Shown here in pieces: positions 9,695 through 26,771 of a stretch of 64,000 nucleotides of DNA. The position numbers were made by a program, and so were the translations under genes. Each line of letters begins with the position of its first letter. The stretch's first letter is position 1. The DNA lies in the NCBI GenBank assembly GCA_964016885.1, contig OZ024743.1:77314001-77378000 (forward strand), given 5' to 3'. Source of the stretch: Eledone cirrhosa. Taxonomy: Eukaryota. The notes below the pieces were generated by a model. The model was not told the DNA's origin and ran no database searches. It was given only the letters and a program-made list of their open reading frames with translations.

Positions 9695-10007
9695 TTATAT
9701 TTATATGTATATATATATTTATATATATATATTTATGTATGTATTTATATATATATATATTTATATATATATATTTATGTATGTATTTATATATATATAT
9801 ATTTATATATATATATTTATGTATGTATTTATATATATATTTATATATATATATTTATGTATGTATTTATATATATATTTATATATATATATTTATGTAT
9901 GTATTTATATATATATTTATATATATATATTTATGTATGTATTTATGTATATATTTATATATATGTATTTATGTATATATTTATATATATATATTTATGT
10001 ATGTATT

Positions 10008-10039
<32 letters not shown>

Positions 10040-13000
10040 TATGTATGTATTTATATATATATATTTATATATATATATTTATGTATATATTTATGTATAT
10101 ATTTATATATATATATTTATGTATATATTTATATATATATATTTATGTATATATTTATATATATATATTTATGTATATATTTATATATATATATTTATGT
10201 ATGTATTTATATATATATATATTTATGTATGTATTTATATATATATATATTTATGTATGTATTTATATATATATATATTTATGTATGTATTTATATATAT
10301 ATATATTTATGTATGTATTTATATATATATATATATTTATGTATGTATTTATATATATATATATATTTATGTATGTATTTATATATATATATATATTTAT
10401 GTATGTATTTATATATATATTTATGTATGTATTTATATATATATTTATGTATGTATTTATATATATATATATTTATATGTATGTATTTATATATATATAT
10501 ATATATTTATATGTATGTATTTATATATATATATATATATTTATATGTATGTATTTATATATATATATATATATTTATATGTATGTATTTATATATATAT
10601 ATATATATATTTATATGTATGTATTTATATATATATATATATATTTATGTATGTATTTATATATATATATATATTTATATGTATGTATTTATATATATAT
10701 ATATATTTATATGTATGTATTTATATATATATATATATTTATATGTATGTATTTATATATATATATATATATTTATATGTATGTATTTATATATATATAT
10801 ATATATTTATATGTATGTATTTATATATATATATATATATTTATATGTATGTATTTATATATATATATATATATATTTATATGTATGTATTTATATATAT
10901 ATATATATATATTTATATGTATGTATTTATATATATATATATATTTATATGTATGTATTTATATATATATATATATATTTATATGTATGTATTTATATAT
11001 ATATATATATATATTTATATGTATGTATTTATATATATATATATATATATATTTATATGTATGTATTTATATATATATATATATATATTTATATGTATGT
11101 ATTTATATATATATATATATATATTTATATGTATGTATTTATATATATATATATATATATTTATATGTATGTATTTATATATATATATATATATATTTAT
11201 ATGTATGTATTTATATATATATATATATATTTATATGTATTTATATATATATATATATATTTATATGTATGTATTTATTTATATGTATGTATTTATATAT
11301 ATATATATATATATTTATATGTATGTATTTATATATATATATATATATTTATATGTATGTATTTATATATATATATATATATATATTTATATGTATTTAT
11401 ATATATATATAAATATATATAAATATATTATATATATATATATAAATACATACATATAAATATATATATATATATATATATAAATACATACATATAAATA
11501 TATATATATATATATATATAATACATACATATAATTATATATATATATATATATATTTATATGTATGTATTTATATATATATATATAATATTTATATGTA
11601 TGTATTTATATATATATATATATATTATATTATGTATATATTTATATATATATATATATATATATATAATACATACATATAATATATATATATATATATA
11701 TAAATACATACATATAAATATATATATATATATATATAAATACATACATATTAATATATATATATATATATATATTTATATGTATGTATTTATAATATAT
11801 ATAATTTATATATATATATATTTATATGTATGTATTTATATATATATATATTTATATGTATGTATTTATATATATATATATATATTTATATGTATGTATT
11901 TATATATATATATTTATATGTATGTATTTATATATATATATTTATATGTATGTATTTATATATATATATTTATATGTATGTATTTATATATATATATATA
12001 TTTATATGTATGTATTTATATATATATATTTATATGTATGTATTTATATATATATATATATTTATATGTATGTATTTATATATATATATTTATATGTATG
12101 TATTTATATATATATATATATATTTATATGTATGTATTTATATATATATATTTATATGTATGTATTTATATATATATATATTTATATGTATGTATTTATA
12201 TATATATATATTTATATGTATGTATTTATATATATATATATTTATATGTATGTATTATATATATATATATTTATATGTACGTATTTATATATATATATAT
12301 TTATATGTATGTATTTATATATATATATATTTATATGTATGTATTTATATATATATATATTTATATGTATGTATTTATATATATATATATTTATATGTAT
12401 GTATTTATATATATATATATTTATATGTATGTATTTATATATATATATATTTATATGTATGTATTTATATATATATATATTTATATATGTATGTATTTAT
12501 ATATGTATGTATTTATATATATATATATTTATATATGTATGTATTTATATATGTATGTATTTATATATATATGTATTTATATATGTATGTATTTATATAT
12601 ATATGTATTTATATATGTATGTATTTATATATATATATATTTATATGTATGTATTTATATATATATATTTATATATGTATGTATTTATATATATATATAT
12701 TTATATATGTATGTATTTATATATGTATGTATTTATATATGTATGTATTTATATATGTATGTATTTATATATATATATATATTTATATGTATGTATTTAT
12801 ATATATATATATATTTATATGTATGTATTTATATATATATATATATTTATATGTATGTATTTATATATATATATATATTTATATGTATGTATTTATATAT
12901 ATGTATATATTTATATGTATGTATTTATATATATGTATATATTTATATGTATGTATTTATATATATATATATTTATATGTATGTATTTATATATATATAT

Positions 13001-14660
13001 ATTTATATGTATGTATTTATATATATATATATTTATATGTATGTATTTATATATATATATATGTATGTATTTATATATATTTATATGTATGTATTTATAT
13101 ATATATATATGTATGTATTTATATATATTTATATGTATGTATTTATATATATTTATATGTATGTATTTATATATATTTATATGTATGTATTTATATATAT
13201 TTATATGTATGTATTTATATATATTTATATGTATGTATTTATATATATTTATATGTATGTATTTATATATATTTATATGTATGTATTTATATATATTTAT
13301 ATGTATGTATTTATATATATATATATTTATATGTATGTATTTATATTTATGTATGTATGTGTTTATATATTTATATGTATGTATTTATATATTTATATGT
13401 ATGTATTTATATTTATGTATGTATGTATTTATATTTATGTATGTATGTATTTATATTTATGTATGTATGTATTTATATTTATGTATGTATGTATTTATGT
13501 ATGTATGTATTTATATTTATGTATATATATATATATGTATTTATATTTATGTATATATATATATATATGTATTTATATTTATGTATATATATATATGTAT
13601 TTATATTTATGTATATATATATATATATGTATTTATATTTATGTATATATATATATATGTATTTATATTTATGTATATATATATATATGTATTTATATTT
13701 ATGTTTATATATATATATATGTATTTATATTTATGTATATATATATATATATGTATTTATGTATATATATATATATGTATTTATGTATATATATATATAT
13801 GTATTTATGTATATATATATGTATTTATATTTATGTATATATATATATATGTATTTATATTTATGTATATGTATATATATATGTATTTATATTTATGTAT
13901 ATATATATATATGTATTTATATTTATGTATATATATATATATATATGTATTTATATTTATGTATATATATATATATGTATTTATATTTATGTATATATAT
14001 ATATATATATGTATTTATATTTATGTATATATATATATATGTATTTATATTTATGTATATATATTTATATTTATATTTGTATATATATATATATATATGT
14101 ATTTATATTTATGTATATATATATATATGTATTTATATTTATGTATATATATATATATGTATTTATATTTATGTATATATATATATATGTATTTATATTT
14201 ATGTATATATATATATATGTATTTATATTTATGTATATATATATATGTATTTATATTTATGTGTATATATATATATATGTATTTATATTTATGTGTATAT
14301 ATATATATATATGTATTTATATTTATGTGTATATATATATATATATGTATTTATATTTATGTGTATATATATATATATATGTATTTATATTTATGTGTAT
14401 ATATATATATATGTATTTATGTGTATATATATATGTATTTATATTTATGTGTATATATATATATATATGTATTTATACTTATGTGTATATATATATATAT
14501 GTATTTATATTTGTGTATATATATATATATGTATTTATATTTATGTGTATATATATATGTATTTATATTTGTGTATATATATATATATGTATTTATATTT
14601 ATGTGTATATATTTATGTATATTTATATGTATGTATTTATATTTATGTATATATATATAT
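9548..14660. repeat. (TA)n-derived satellite array
   Basis: Units such as ttta(ta)tgtatgtattta(ta)n; local inversions at ~11409-11760. Confidence 0.97.
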
Positions 14661-15071
14661 CTATCTATCTAAGGCGGTAAAATTCCCGAGATCCATGGAC
14701 GGGTTCTCTCCAGCGGTCTCTGTCCCTCATTATCGCTGCCATATCCTGCATCTCCAACAGACCAGTGTCTGTCCTTAGGGCATCAACATATGTTAACCTT
14801 GGTCTTCCACTTCTAGTGTGTCCATGTAGGGGCTCCCAAAGGAGCACTGAGTGCAATGTCAACTCCGGATGTCGGTGAGCATGTCCAGCCAACCTCAGTC
14901 TCCTCTGTGTCACTTTTGAGCTGACTCTTGGGATGCTCCCATACAGCTCTGAGTTTTTCATCCTTAGTGTATACTGATTAATGTTCAGAGCCATCCTCAA
15001 CATTCTCGTGTAGCACCCATCCACCATCTGAGTGAGTTTCTTGGTCAGTGTCCAAGTCTCAGACCCATACA
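14661..15071 (-). mobile_element. RTE-like LINE 3' fragment (related to family C) with (TAGA)n tail
   Basis: [33 protein letters not shown]; similar to the C-terminus of ORF 58909-60828. Confidence 0.9.
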
Positions 15072-15246
15072 AATATATATATATATATATATATTTATAT
15101 GTATGTATTTATATTATGTATATATATATATATATATGTATATTTATATGTATGTATTTATATTTATGTATATATATATATATATGTATATTTATATGTA
15201 TGTATTTATATTTATGTATATTTATATGTATGTATTTATATTTATG

Positions 15247-15284
<38 letters not shown>

Positions 15285-15459
15285 GTATGTATTTATATTT
15301 ATGTATATATATATATATATATATTTATATGTATGTATTTATATTTATGTATATTATATATATATATATATATATTATTATATATATTTATATGTATGTA
15401 TTTATATTTATGTATATATATATATATATATATTTATATGTATGTATTTATATTTAGTA

Positions 15460-15490
<31 letters not shown>

Positions 15491-15618
15491 GTATGTATTA
15501 TATTTATGTATATATATATGTATGTATTTATATTTATGTATAATATATATATATTATATATGTATTTATATTTATGTATATATATATATATATATATTTA
15601 TATTTATGTATTTATATT

Positions 15619-15696
<78 letters not shown>

Positions 15697-15767
15697 ATAT
15701 TATGTATATATATTATATATATTATATATATATATTATATAAATATTTATATGTATGTATTTATATT

Positions 15768-15808
<41 letters not shown>

Positions 15809-15836
15809 GTATGTATTTATATTATGTATTTATATT

Positions 15837-15873
<37 letters not shown>

Positions 15874-15888
15874 GTATGTATTTATATT

Positions 15889-15925
<37 letters not shown>

Positions 15926-16018
15926 GTATGTATTTATATTTATGTATATATATATATATATATATTTATATGTATGTATTTATATTTATGTATATATATA
16001 TATATATATATTTATATT

Positions 16019-16057
<39 letters not shown>

Positions 16058-16072
16058 GTATGTATTTATATT

Positions 16073-16111
<39 letters not shown>

Positions 16112-17954
16112 GTATGTATTTATATTTATGTATATATATATATATATATTTATATGTATGTATTTATATTTATGTATATATATATATATATATATATTTA
16201 TATGTATGTATATATATATATATATATTTATATGTATGTATTTATATGTATGTATATATATATATATATATATTTATATGTATGTATTTATATTTATGTA
16301 TATATATATTTATATGTATGTATTTATATTTATGTATATATATATATATATATTTATATGTATGTATGTATTTATGTATATATATATATATATTTATATG
16401 TATGTATGTATTTATGTATATATATATATGTATGTATGTATTTATGTATATATATATATATTTATATGTATTTATGTATTTATGTATATATATATATATT
16501 TATATGTATTTATGTATTTATGTATATATATATGTATTTATGTATTTATGTATATATATATATATTTATATGTATGTATGTATTTATGTATATATATATA
16601 TATTTATATGTATTTATGTATTTATGTATATATATATATATATTTATATGTATGTATGTATTTATGTATATATATATATATTTATATGTATGTATATATT
16701 TATGTATATATATATATATTTATATGTATGTATGTATTTATGTATATATATATATATTTATATGTATGTATGTATTTATGTATATATATATATATTTATA
16801 TGTATGTATGTATTTATGTATATATATATATATTTATATGTATGTATGTATTTATGTATATATATATATATTTATATGTATGTATGTATTTATGTATATA
16901 TATATATATTTATATGTATGTATGTATTTATGTATATATATATATATTTATATGTATGTATGTATTTATGTATATATATATATATATTTATATGTATGTA
17001 TGTATTTATGTATATATATATATATTTATATGTATGTATGTATTTATGTATATATATATATATTTATATGTATGTATTTATGTATATATATATTTATATG
17101 TATGTATGTATTTATGTATATATATTTATATGTATGTATGTATTTATGTATATATATTTATATGTATGTATGTATTTATGTATATATATTTATATGTATG
17201 TATGTATTTATGTATATATATTTATATGTATGTATGTATTTATGTATATATATTTATATGTATGTATGTATTTATATATATATATTTATATGTATGTATG
17301 TATTTATGTATATATATATATATTTATATGTATGTATGTATTTATGTATATATATATATATTTATATGTATGTATGTATTTATGTATATATATATATATA
17401 TATTTATATGTATGTATGTATTTATGTATATATATATATATATATTTATATGTATGTATGTATTTATGTATATATATATATATATATTTATATGTATGTA
17501 TGTATTTATGTATATATATATATATATATATTTATATGTATGTATGTATTTATGTATATATATATATATATATATTTATATGTATGTATGTATTTATGTA
17601 TATATATATATATATATATTTATATGTATGTATGTATTTATGTATATATATATATATATATATATTTATATGTATGTATGTATTTATGTATATATATATA
17701 TATATATATATTTATATGTATGTATGTATTTATGTATATATATATATATATATATATTTATATGTATGTATGTATTTATGTATATATATATATATATTTA
17801 TATGTATGTATGTATTTATGTATATATATATATATATATATTTATATGTATGTATGTATTTATGTATATATATATATATATATATTTATATGTATGTATG
17901 TATTTATGTATATATATATATATATATATATTTATATGTATGTATGTATTTATG

Positions 17955-17985
<31 letters not shown>

Positions 17986-18002
17986 GTATGTATGTATTTA
18001 TG

Positions 18003-18033
<31 letters not shown>

Positions 18034-18174
18034 GTATGTATGTATTTATGTATATATATATATATATATATTTATATGTATGTATGTATTTATGTATATA
18101 TATATATATATATATATTTATATGTATGTATGTATTTATGTATATATATATATATATATATATTTATATGTATG

Positions 18175-18213
<39 letters not shown>

Positions 18214-18346
18214 GTATGTATGTATTTATGTATATATATATATATATATATTTATATGTATGTATGTATATATATATATATATATATATTTATATGTATG
18301 TATGTATATATATATATATATATATATTTATATGTATGTATGTATT

Positions 18347-18383
<37 letters not shown>

Positions 18384-18400
18384 GTATGTATGTATTTATG

Positions 18401-18431
<31 letters not shown>

Positions 18432-18448
18432 GTATGTATGTATTTATG

Positions 18449-18479
<31 letters not shown>

Positions 18480-18496
18480 GTATGTATGTATTTATG

Positions 18497-18527
<31 letters not shown>

Positions 18528-18690
18528 GTATGTATGTATTTATGTATATATATATATTTATATGTATGTATGTATTTATGTATATATATATATATATATT
18601 TATATGTATGTATTTATGTATATATATATATATTTATATGTATGTATGTATTTATGTATATATATATATATTTATATGTATGTATGTATT

Positions 18691-18729
<39 letters not shown>

Positions 18730-18812
18730 GTATGTATTTATATTTATGTATACTCTTTTACTCTTTTATCTGTTTCAGCCATCCGGCTGAGGCCATGCTG
18801 GGGCACCGCCCT

Positions 18813-18853
<41 letters not shown>

Positions 18854-19686
18854 CGTATGTATTTATGTATATATATATGTATGTATGTATGTATTTATGT
18901 ATATATATATGTATGTATGTATGTATTTATGTATATATATATGTATGTATGTATGTATTTATGTATATATATATGTATGTATGTATGTATTTATGTATAT
19001 ATATATGTATGTATTTATGTATGTATTTATGTATATATTTATGTATATATATATGTATGTATTTATGTATATATTTATGTATATATATATGTATGTATTT
19101 ATGTATATATATATGTATGTATTTATGTATTTATGTATATATATATATATATATGTATGTATTTATGTATATATATATATATATATGTATTTATGTATAT
19201 ATATATATATATATATGTATTTATGTATATATATATATATATATGTATTTATGTATATATATATATATATATATGTATTTATGTATATATATATATATAT
19301 ATATATGTATTTATGTATATATATATATATATATGTATGTATTTATGTATATATATATATATATATGTATGTATTATGTATATATCTATGTATGTATTTA
19401 TGTATATATATATATGTATGATTTATGTATATATGTATATATATATATGTATGTATATGTATTTATGTATATATATGTATTTATGTATATATATGTATTT
19501 ATGTATATATATATATTTATGTATATATATGTATTTATGTATATATATATATTTATGTATATATATATATTTATGTATATATATGTATTTATGTATATAT
19601 ATATATTTATGTATATATATATATTTATGTATATATATATTATATATATTTATGTATATATATATATTTATGTATATATATATATA
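15072..19686. repeat. (TA)n-derived satellite array
   Basis: tttatatgtatgtatgtatttatg(ta)n-type units. Confidence 0.97.
18751..18814 (-). mobile_element. Solo CR1 3' tail
   Basis: Reverse complement of 21382-21445 with one mismatch. Confidence 0.92.
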
Positions 19687-21445
19687 CTGCCATCAAGAAA
19701 TGGCAACCATCAACCACATAGACATAATGGAGGAGGATGTGGTGTACGCCATTGATGAAATTAGAACAGACTCGGCTGCTGGACCTGATGGATTCCAGCA
19801 GTTCTCCTAAAAATATGTAAGCGGGCCTTAGCAAAAATATGTAAGCGGGCCTTAGCAACTCCACTGAAGATGCTCTTCAGAAGCTCCTTGGCTAGCGGTG
19901 TACTACCCAGGGAGCTGAAAGAAGGCACAATATGCCCTATCCATAAAGGAGGTAGTAGAGCGGAGGCCAAGAACTATAGGCCAGTCTCCCTGACGTCGCA
20001 TATCAGTAAGGTCATGGAGCGAGTCGTCAGAAAGAAACTAATCACTTTCCTCGAAGAAAATGACCGCCTGACTAGCACGCAACATGGCTTCCGCCCAGGA
20101 AGAAGCTGCCTTACACAGCTGCTACATCACTACGACTGGGTACTGAGACAGCTACTAGACAGCTCACATGTAGACGTGATATATCTTGACTTTGCGAAGG
20201 CCTTTGACAAGGTCGACCACGGAATGATATGTCACAAACTACACGGACTCGGCATAACTGGAAAAGTAGGTGAGTGGCTGCATGGCTTCCTGAGGGACAG
20301 AAGCCAGGCAGTCGCAGCAAATGGGGCCCTCTCGAGGGAAACACCGATAACAAGTGGGGTGCCTCAGGGGACAGTCCTGGGACCACTACTGTTTTTGGTG
20401 GCTCTCTCGGACATGCCCTCTGTGGTGCATGCAACAACATCCCTCACTAGCTATGCTGATGACACTAAGGTAGCACAGGCAATCAAAAACCCGGCTGACG
20501 CTGCCCTCTTACAGCAGGATCTGGATGCCATATACAGATGGGCGGAAGAAAACAACATGCAGTTTAATGCTGGCAAATTCCAAGCCCTACAATACAAACC
20601 TGCAAACACAAACACAAATATAGCGGAACACAGCTACACAGGACCAGGAGGGACCGATATCCCCGTGTCAAAATCGATACGAGACCTGGGCATAGACATG
20701 AGCGATGATGCATCTTTTTCTTCACACATCATGAAGGTGGCGACAGCATGTAGACGATTCGCTGGCTGGATCTTGAGGACTTTCCTTACAAGAGATCGAG
20801 ACACCATGTTGACACTGTGGAGGACTTTTGTCCTAAGCCGCCTGGACTACTGCTCCCAGCTGTGGTCACCCCATAGTGTCAAACTAACCACAGAGCTTGA
20901 GGCAATCCAGCGAAGCTACACCAAGAGGATTGCCAAGATGAGGGAGACAAGCTACTGGGAGAGGCTGAAGGAACTGAACCTCTACTCCTTGGAGCGAAGA
21001 CGGGAGAGATACGCAGTGATCTACATGTGGAAAATCCTGGAGGGACTAGCACCAAACTTTGGCATTGGGAGCTGGACCAACCGTCGAACAGGACGTCACT
21101 GTGTGGTGCCAAAGGTCCCGTCTTCCACATCTAGAATAAGGAGCAGGTATTGCAATAGCCTGGGATTCAAGGGCCCTCAACTCTTCAACAGGCTGCCGAG
21201 GCATCTGCGAGACTTGCATGACGTGGAGGTGGATGTCTTTAAGAAACATCTCGACACCTTGTTATCCAGGATCCCGGATGAGCCCACAGCAAGACACGAG
21301 GGAAACCTAAGGGCAGCAGCAACAAACTCCCTCCTACACCAGTGGCCAACCTATACAGGCTGGAGATAAAATGTGTAGCAACAAGGGCGGTGCCCCAGCA
21401 TGGCCTCAGCCGGATGGCTGAAACAGGTAAAAGAGTAAAAGAGTA
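19687..21445 (+). mobile_element. 5'-truncated CR1-clade LINE (copy 1)
   Basis: RT ORF 19870-21369 (NYRPVSLT, DFAKAFDKV, SGVPQGTVLGP, YADD, RDLG, SLERRR); 3' hairpin TCAGCC/GGCTGA and (TAAAAGAG)2 tail. Relative to copy 2 it has a 1-bp deletion and a ~24-bp duplication near 19790-19855. Confidence 0.95.
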
Positions 21446-22039
21446 TATATATTTATGTATATATATATATTTATGTATATATATATATTTATGTATATAT
21501 ATATATTTATGTATATATATATATTTATGTATATATATATATTTATGTATATATATATATTTATGTATATATATATATTTATGTATATATATATATTTAT
21601 GTATATATATATATTTATGTATATATATATATTTATGTATATATATATATTTATGTATATATATATATTTATGTATATATATATATTTATGTATATATAT
21701 ATATTTATGTATATATATATATTTATGTATATATATATATTTATGTATATATATATATTTATGTATATATATATATTTATGTATATATATATATTTATGT
21801 ATATATATATATTTATGTATATATATATATTTATGTATATATATATATTTATGTATATATATATATTTATGTGTATATATATTTATGTGTATATATATAT
21901 ATTTATGTATATATATATATATATATTTATGTATATATATATATATATATATTTATGTATATATATATATATATATTTATGTATATATATATATATATTT
22001 ATGTGTATATATATTTATGTGTATATATATATATTTATG

Positions 22040-22071
<32 letters not shown>

Positions 22072-22511
22072 TTTATGTATATATATATATATATATTTAT
22101 GTATATATATATATATATTTATGTGTATATATATTTATGTGTATATATATATATTTATGTATATATATATATATATATTTATGTATATATATATATATAT
22201 ATTTATGTATATATATATATATTTATGTATATATATATATATATTTATGTATATATATATATATATTTATGTATATATATATATATATTTATGTATATAT
22301 ATATATATATTTATGTATATATATATATATATTTATGTATATATATATATATATTTATGTATATATATATATATATTTATGTATATATATATATATATTT
22401 ATGTATATATATATATATATTTATGTATATATATATATATTTATGTATATATATATATATTTATGTATATATATATATATTTATGTATATATATATATAT
22501 TTATGTATATA
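21446..22511. repeat. 18-bp TA-derived minisatellite grading into variable units
   Basis: (atttatgtatatatatat)n, more than 20 perfect copies. Confidence 0.97.
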
Positions 22512-22840
22512 TCATCATCATCATCATCATCAACGTTTAACGTCCGTGTTCCACGCTTGCATGGGTTTGGACGGGGGTAGTCCCACTTGAGGCAAGAGTG
22601 ATTGTCTTGCTCGCATAGGACTGTCTGGCAGGTTTTCTACAGTTGGATGCCCTTCCTAACACCAACCACATTTACAGTGTGGGTCTGGGAGGTTTTTACC
22701 GTGTTGCCTACACGGCCACATTACAGCGTGGACTGTGTGTTTTTTTGTCGTGACACCTACACGATCTCATTTGTTTCGGCCTGGATGGCGCGGCACCAAC
22801 ATAACTTTACATAGAACGGGGTGGTGTGGATGGGGTGGGG
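22512..22840 (-). mobile_element. RTE family A 3' UTR, cut by assembly gap
   Basis: (CAT)n tail plus UTR; near-identical to 23041-23328. Confidence 0.93.
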
Positions 22841-23040
22841 NNNNNNNNNNNNNNNNNNNNNNNNNNNNNNNNNNNNNNNNNNNNNNNNNNNNNNNNNNNN
22901 NNNNNNNNNNNNNNNNNNNNNNNNNNNNNNNNNNNNNNNNNNNNNNNNNNNNNNNNNNNNNNNNNNNNNNNNNNNNNNNNNNNNNNNNNNNNNNNNNNNN
23001 NNNNNNNNNNNNNNNNNNNNNNNNNNNNNNNNNNNNNNNN
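22841..23040. other. Scaffold gap (200 N)
   Basis: Run of N. Confidence 1.
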
Positions 23041-26000
23041 ACGCTTGCATGGGTTTGGACGGGGGTAGTCCCACTTGAGGCAAGAGTGATTGTCTTGCTC
23101 GCATAGGACTGTCTGGCAGGTTTTCTACAGTTGGATGCCCTTCCTAACACCAACCACATTTACAGTGTGGGTCTGGGAGGTTTTTACCGTGTTGCCTACA
23201 CGGCCACATTACAGCGTGGACTGTGTGTTTTTTTGTCGTGACACCTACACGATCTCATTTGTTTCGGCCCGGATGGCGCGGCACCAACATAACTTTACAT
23301 AGGACGGGGTGGTGTGGATGGGGTGGGGGTGGTGGTGGTGGGACGGGGTGTATTTTGTTAGAGATGCCTACTGGCAAGGCGGGTCTTCTCTGTTACTGAG
23401 TACCGCCAAAGGTCTCGGTCCAGTGACATTGTCTTGGAGAGGTGTAAGTGTGTGAGGTCGGAGTTTATCAGCTCGTCCCAGGTTTTTCTAGGTCTGCCTA
23501 TTCCGTGGCTACCGTCTATCTTTATTGCCCTGCACTTTGTTATACAGCTATCGACTTTCATGCGCATCACGTGTCCATACCAACGTAGTCTTCTCTCGAG
23601 TAAACAACATCTGATCCCTCTTATCTCTAATTTTTTCCTTAGTTCGTTTATGCTTTGCCGTTCACGTATATTACTGTTACACATCCAGCGGAGCATGCAA
23701 GCTTCGTTCCTCTCTAGTCTGCGTATATCCTCTGCACACAATGCCCAGGTCTCACTGCCATGCAACATTGCTGTTCGTATGCAGGCATCGTACAACCTGC
23801 CTTTCATTTTTAGGGAGAACCCTTTAGCAGCTAATAGTGGTATAAGCTCTCTGAACTTTTTCCAACCAGTTCTGACTCTAGCTACAGTACTTTCAGAGCA
23901 CCCTCCCCCACTGCTGATTTTATCGCCCAGGTAACGGAAGCTGTCCACTATTTCTATAGAACCCTCTGCGCAATTGAAAGAGCTAGTATTGTGTGGGCAC
24001 TTGCTGCTACTTATTGCACCAGAACACCGGCCACATGTAAAATCTATGTTCTTAGTTAGCTTACCTGTGATCCCACTACATCTTTTATGCACCCATACTT
24101 TGCATTTAGGACACAAAATGGAGTTTCTACCTACGCCTTTCCTACACACCGAGCACGACCATTTCCCAGAAGGGACCGCCGCCTTGTTTTCTTTCCTACA
24201 AACTAGAACTTTGGTCTTAGCCAGGTTAATTTTAAGTCCTTTTGACTCTAGGCCGTGCTTCCATGTTTGGAATTTCTTCTCTAGCTCGGCCATTGATTCC
24301 GCTATGAGTGTCAGGTCGTCTGCGTATAGGAGTTCCCATGGGCAGCCTGTCTTGAACTCCTCTGTTATAGCCTGAAGGGCAATAATAAATAGTAGGGGGC
24401 TGAGAACAGAGCCCTGATGGACGCCAACTTTTACGCTAAACTCTTCACTATATTCGTTGTTAATTCTAACCTTGCTGACTGTTTCTTTATACATGGCTTG
24501 TATAGCCCTCACAAGCCATTCGTCAACGCCTAGTTTTCTAAGAGCCCACCAGATAATGGAGCGGGGGACTCTGTCGAAGGCTTTCTCCAAGTCGACAAAA
24601 GCTAAGTAGAGGGGTTTACCTTTAGCTAGGTACTTCTCCTGTAGTTGTCGTACTATGAAAAGAGCGTCTGTGGTACTTTTGCCTGACACAAACCCGAACT
24701 GCATTTCATCTAGGTCAATTCTCTCTCTGATTAGTTGCGCTATTACTTTTTCTGTGACCTTCATGACCTGGTCGATTAATTTAATGCCTCTATAGTTACT
24801 CCTATCTAGGGCGTCTCCTTTACCCTTATAACAGTTAACGATGATGCTGCTATGCCAGTCCTTCGGAACAGCCCCATTCTGTACGACTTGGTTAACTATG
24901 CGGGTGACCATGGTGTGTCCCACCGTGCCAGATGCCTTCAGCATCTCAGCAACTATTTCCGAAGGCCCAGCCGCCTTACCTGTCTTCATATCCTTGATTG
25001 CCTTACTTATTATACTCCCCTCGACTAACACTGCTGGTCCCTCTATTGGGTCGACATGGGGGAGACTGTCTTTCTCCCATTTATTCTCCTCATTTAGTAG
25101 CCTTTCATAGTGACACTTCCAAGCTGCCTTCTTATCAGTGTCGGTGATGGCAAGTATGCCATCATCGTTAAGTACACACTTCTCCCCGACAATATCACGG
25201 TTTTCCTTGACGCATTGCCTAGCAATCCTGAACACCTCACGTTTTTGGTCATCGCGTTGTAGGACATGCTTGAACTTTCTTTCCTCAGCTTCCCTTCTTG
25301 CTAAGTACACTTCTCTCCTAGCTTCCCTCCTGGCCACTTGATAGTCTACTCTACTTCCCCCATCCCGCCATACTTTCCAAGCCTGCTTTTTGGCCTTAAT
25401 TGACTCCTCCACCTTACTGTTCCACCACCATGTTACTCTCCTCCTGCCTACAGGCCTGCTCCAGCCACAGACTTCGTCTGTGGCCAACAGCAGGTTTGCT
25501 TTCAGAAATTCCCACTGTCCCTCTATATTGTCCGACTCTAAGTGTTCTTCCTTACTGTCGAAAGCATCAAGTAATATGTTTTGAAATTTATTTTTGGCTG
25601 TGGGGTCCTTTAGCTTCCATATTTTTCTCCTGAGGATAGTCCTCTTCTGCTGTCGAGTACGTCTCGACCTGACTATGAGGTCGCTAATTATCAGTCTATG
25701 TTGGGAGGTGCATTCTTCATGGGGGAGGGATTTAGTGTTTACAACAGACACTCTGTCACGTCTTCTGGTAAGGATATAATCTACCTGGCTTGTGTGTTCC
25801 CCGGATCTATAGGTGATCAGGTGATTGTCACGTTTTTTGAAGTTAGTGTTACAGATAGTTAGGTTATTTGCATCACAGAATTCCAGGATTCTGGAGCCTT
25901 CCTCATTTCTAGTACCAAACCCATAGCCTCCATGGATTTCGTCGTAGCCGTCACAATGTTGCCCAACGTGACCATTTAGGTCGCCTGCAATAATTATATA

Positions 26001-26306
26001 GTCACTGTCAGATATTTGGGAGGTAGTGAGCATCAGTGTCTCATAGAATCTGTCTTTTATAGTGCCGGGCAGTCCGGATTGGGGTGCATACGCAGATATT
26101 ACTGTCACCGTAGTTCTATTGAGGACAAGTCGTATTTTAATTATTCTGTCGTTCACTCTATTTACGTCTATTATCTTATCCGCCCACTTTTCTGCTACCA
26201 TGATTCCTACTCCACCCAGCCCATCGTCGTTTCCCACCCAGAAAAGCTTATAACATCGTTTTTTACCCTCAATGAATCTAGCAGACCCACCCCTCCACCT
26301 GGTCTC
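23041..26306 (-). mobile_element. RTE family A LINE, 5'-truncated within the endonuclease
   Basis: Uninterrupted ORF 23358-26237 plus 3' UTR. Confidence 0.96.
23358..26237 (-). CDS. RTE APE endonuclease + reverse transcriptase (N-terminally truncated)
   Basis: [23 protein letters not shown]; [37 protein letters not shown]; C4HC3 finger. Confidence 0.9.
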   Translation of the reverse strand: MGNDDGLGGVGIMVAEKWADKIIDVNRVNDRIIKIRLVLNRTTVTVISAYAPQSGLPGTIKDRFYETLMLTTSQISDSDYIIIAGDLNGHVGQHCDGYDEIHGGYGFGTRNEEGSRILEFCDANNLTICNTNFKKRDNHLITYRSGEHTSQVDYILTRRRDRVSVVNTKSLPHEECTSQHRLIISDLIVRSRRTRQQKRTILRRKIWKLKDPTAKNKFQNILLDAFDSKEEHLESDNIEGQWEFLKANLLLATDEVCGWSRPVGRRRVTWWWNSKVEESIKAKKQAWKVWRDGGSRVDYQVARREARREVYLARREAEERKFKHVLQRDDQKREVFRIARQCVKENRDIVGEKCVLNDDGILAITDTDKKAAWKCHYERLLNEENKWEKDSLPHVDPIEGPAVLVEGSIISKAIKDMKTGKAAGPSEIVAEMLKASGTVGHTMVTRIVNQVVQNGAVPKDWHSSIIVNCYKGKGDALDRSNYRGIKLIDQVMKVTEKVIAQLIRERIDLDEMQFGFVSGKSTTDALFIVRQLQEKYLAKGKPLYLAFVDLEKAFDRVPRSIIWWALRKLGVDEWLVRAIQAMYKETVSKVRINNEYSEEFSVKVGVHQGSVLSPLLFIIALQAITEEFKTGCPWELLYADDLTLIAESMAELEKKFQTWKHGLESKGLKINLAKTKVLVCRKENKAAVPSGKWSCSVCRKGVGRNSILCPKCKVWVHKRCSGITGKLTKNIDFTCGRCSGAISSSKCPHNTSSFNCAEGSIEIVDSFRYLGDKISSGGGCSESTVARVRTGWKKFRELIPLLAAKGFSLKMKGRLYDACIRTAMLHGSETWALCAEDIRRLERNEACMLRWMCNSNIRERQSINELRKKLEIRGIRCCLLERRLRWYGHVMRMKVDSCITKCRAIKIDGSHGIGRPRKTWDELINSDLTHLHLSKTMSLDRDLWRYSVTEKTRLASRHL

Positions 26307-26350
26307 TTTATGTATATATATATATATATATTTATATGTATGTATGTATT

Positions 26351-26387
<37 letters not shown>

Positions 26388-26598
26388 GTATGTATGTATT
26401 TATGTATATATATATATATATATTTATATGTATGTATGTATTTATGTATATATATATATATATATTTATATGTATGTATGTATTTATGTATATATATATA
26501 TATATATTTATATGTATGTATTTATGTATATATATATATATTTATATGTATGTATGTATTTATGTATATATATATATATTTATATGTATGTATGTATT

Positions 26599-26645
<47 letters not shown>

Positions 26646-26728
26646 GTATGTATTTATATTTATGTATACTCTTTTACTCTTTTATCTGTTTCAGCCATCC
26701 GGCTGAGGCCATGCTGGGGCACCGCCCT

Positions 26729-26771
<43 letters not shown>

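Noticed and set aside
22818-22840. G-quadruplex-like tract
   Set aside because: Ordinary part of the RTE-A 3' UTR; notable only because the contig breaks there.
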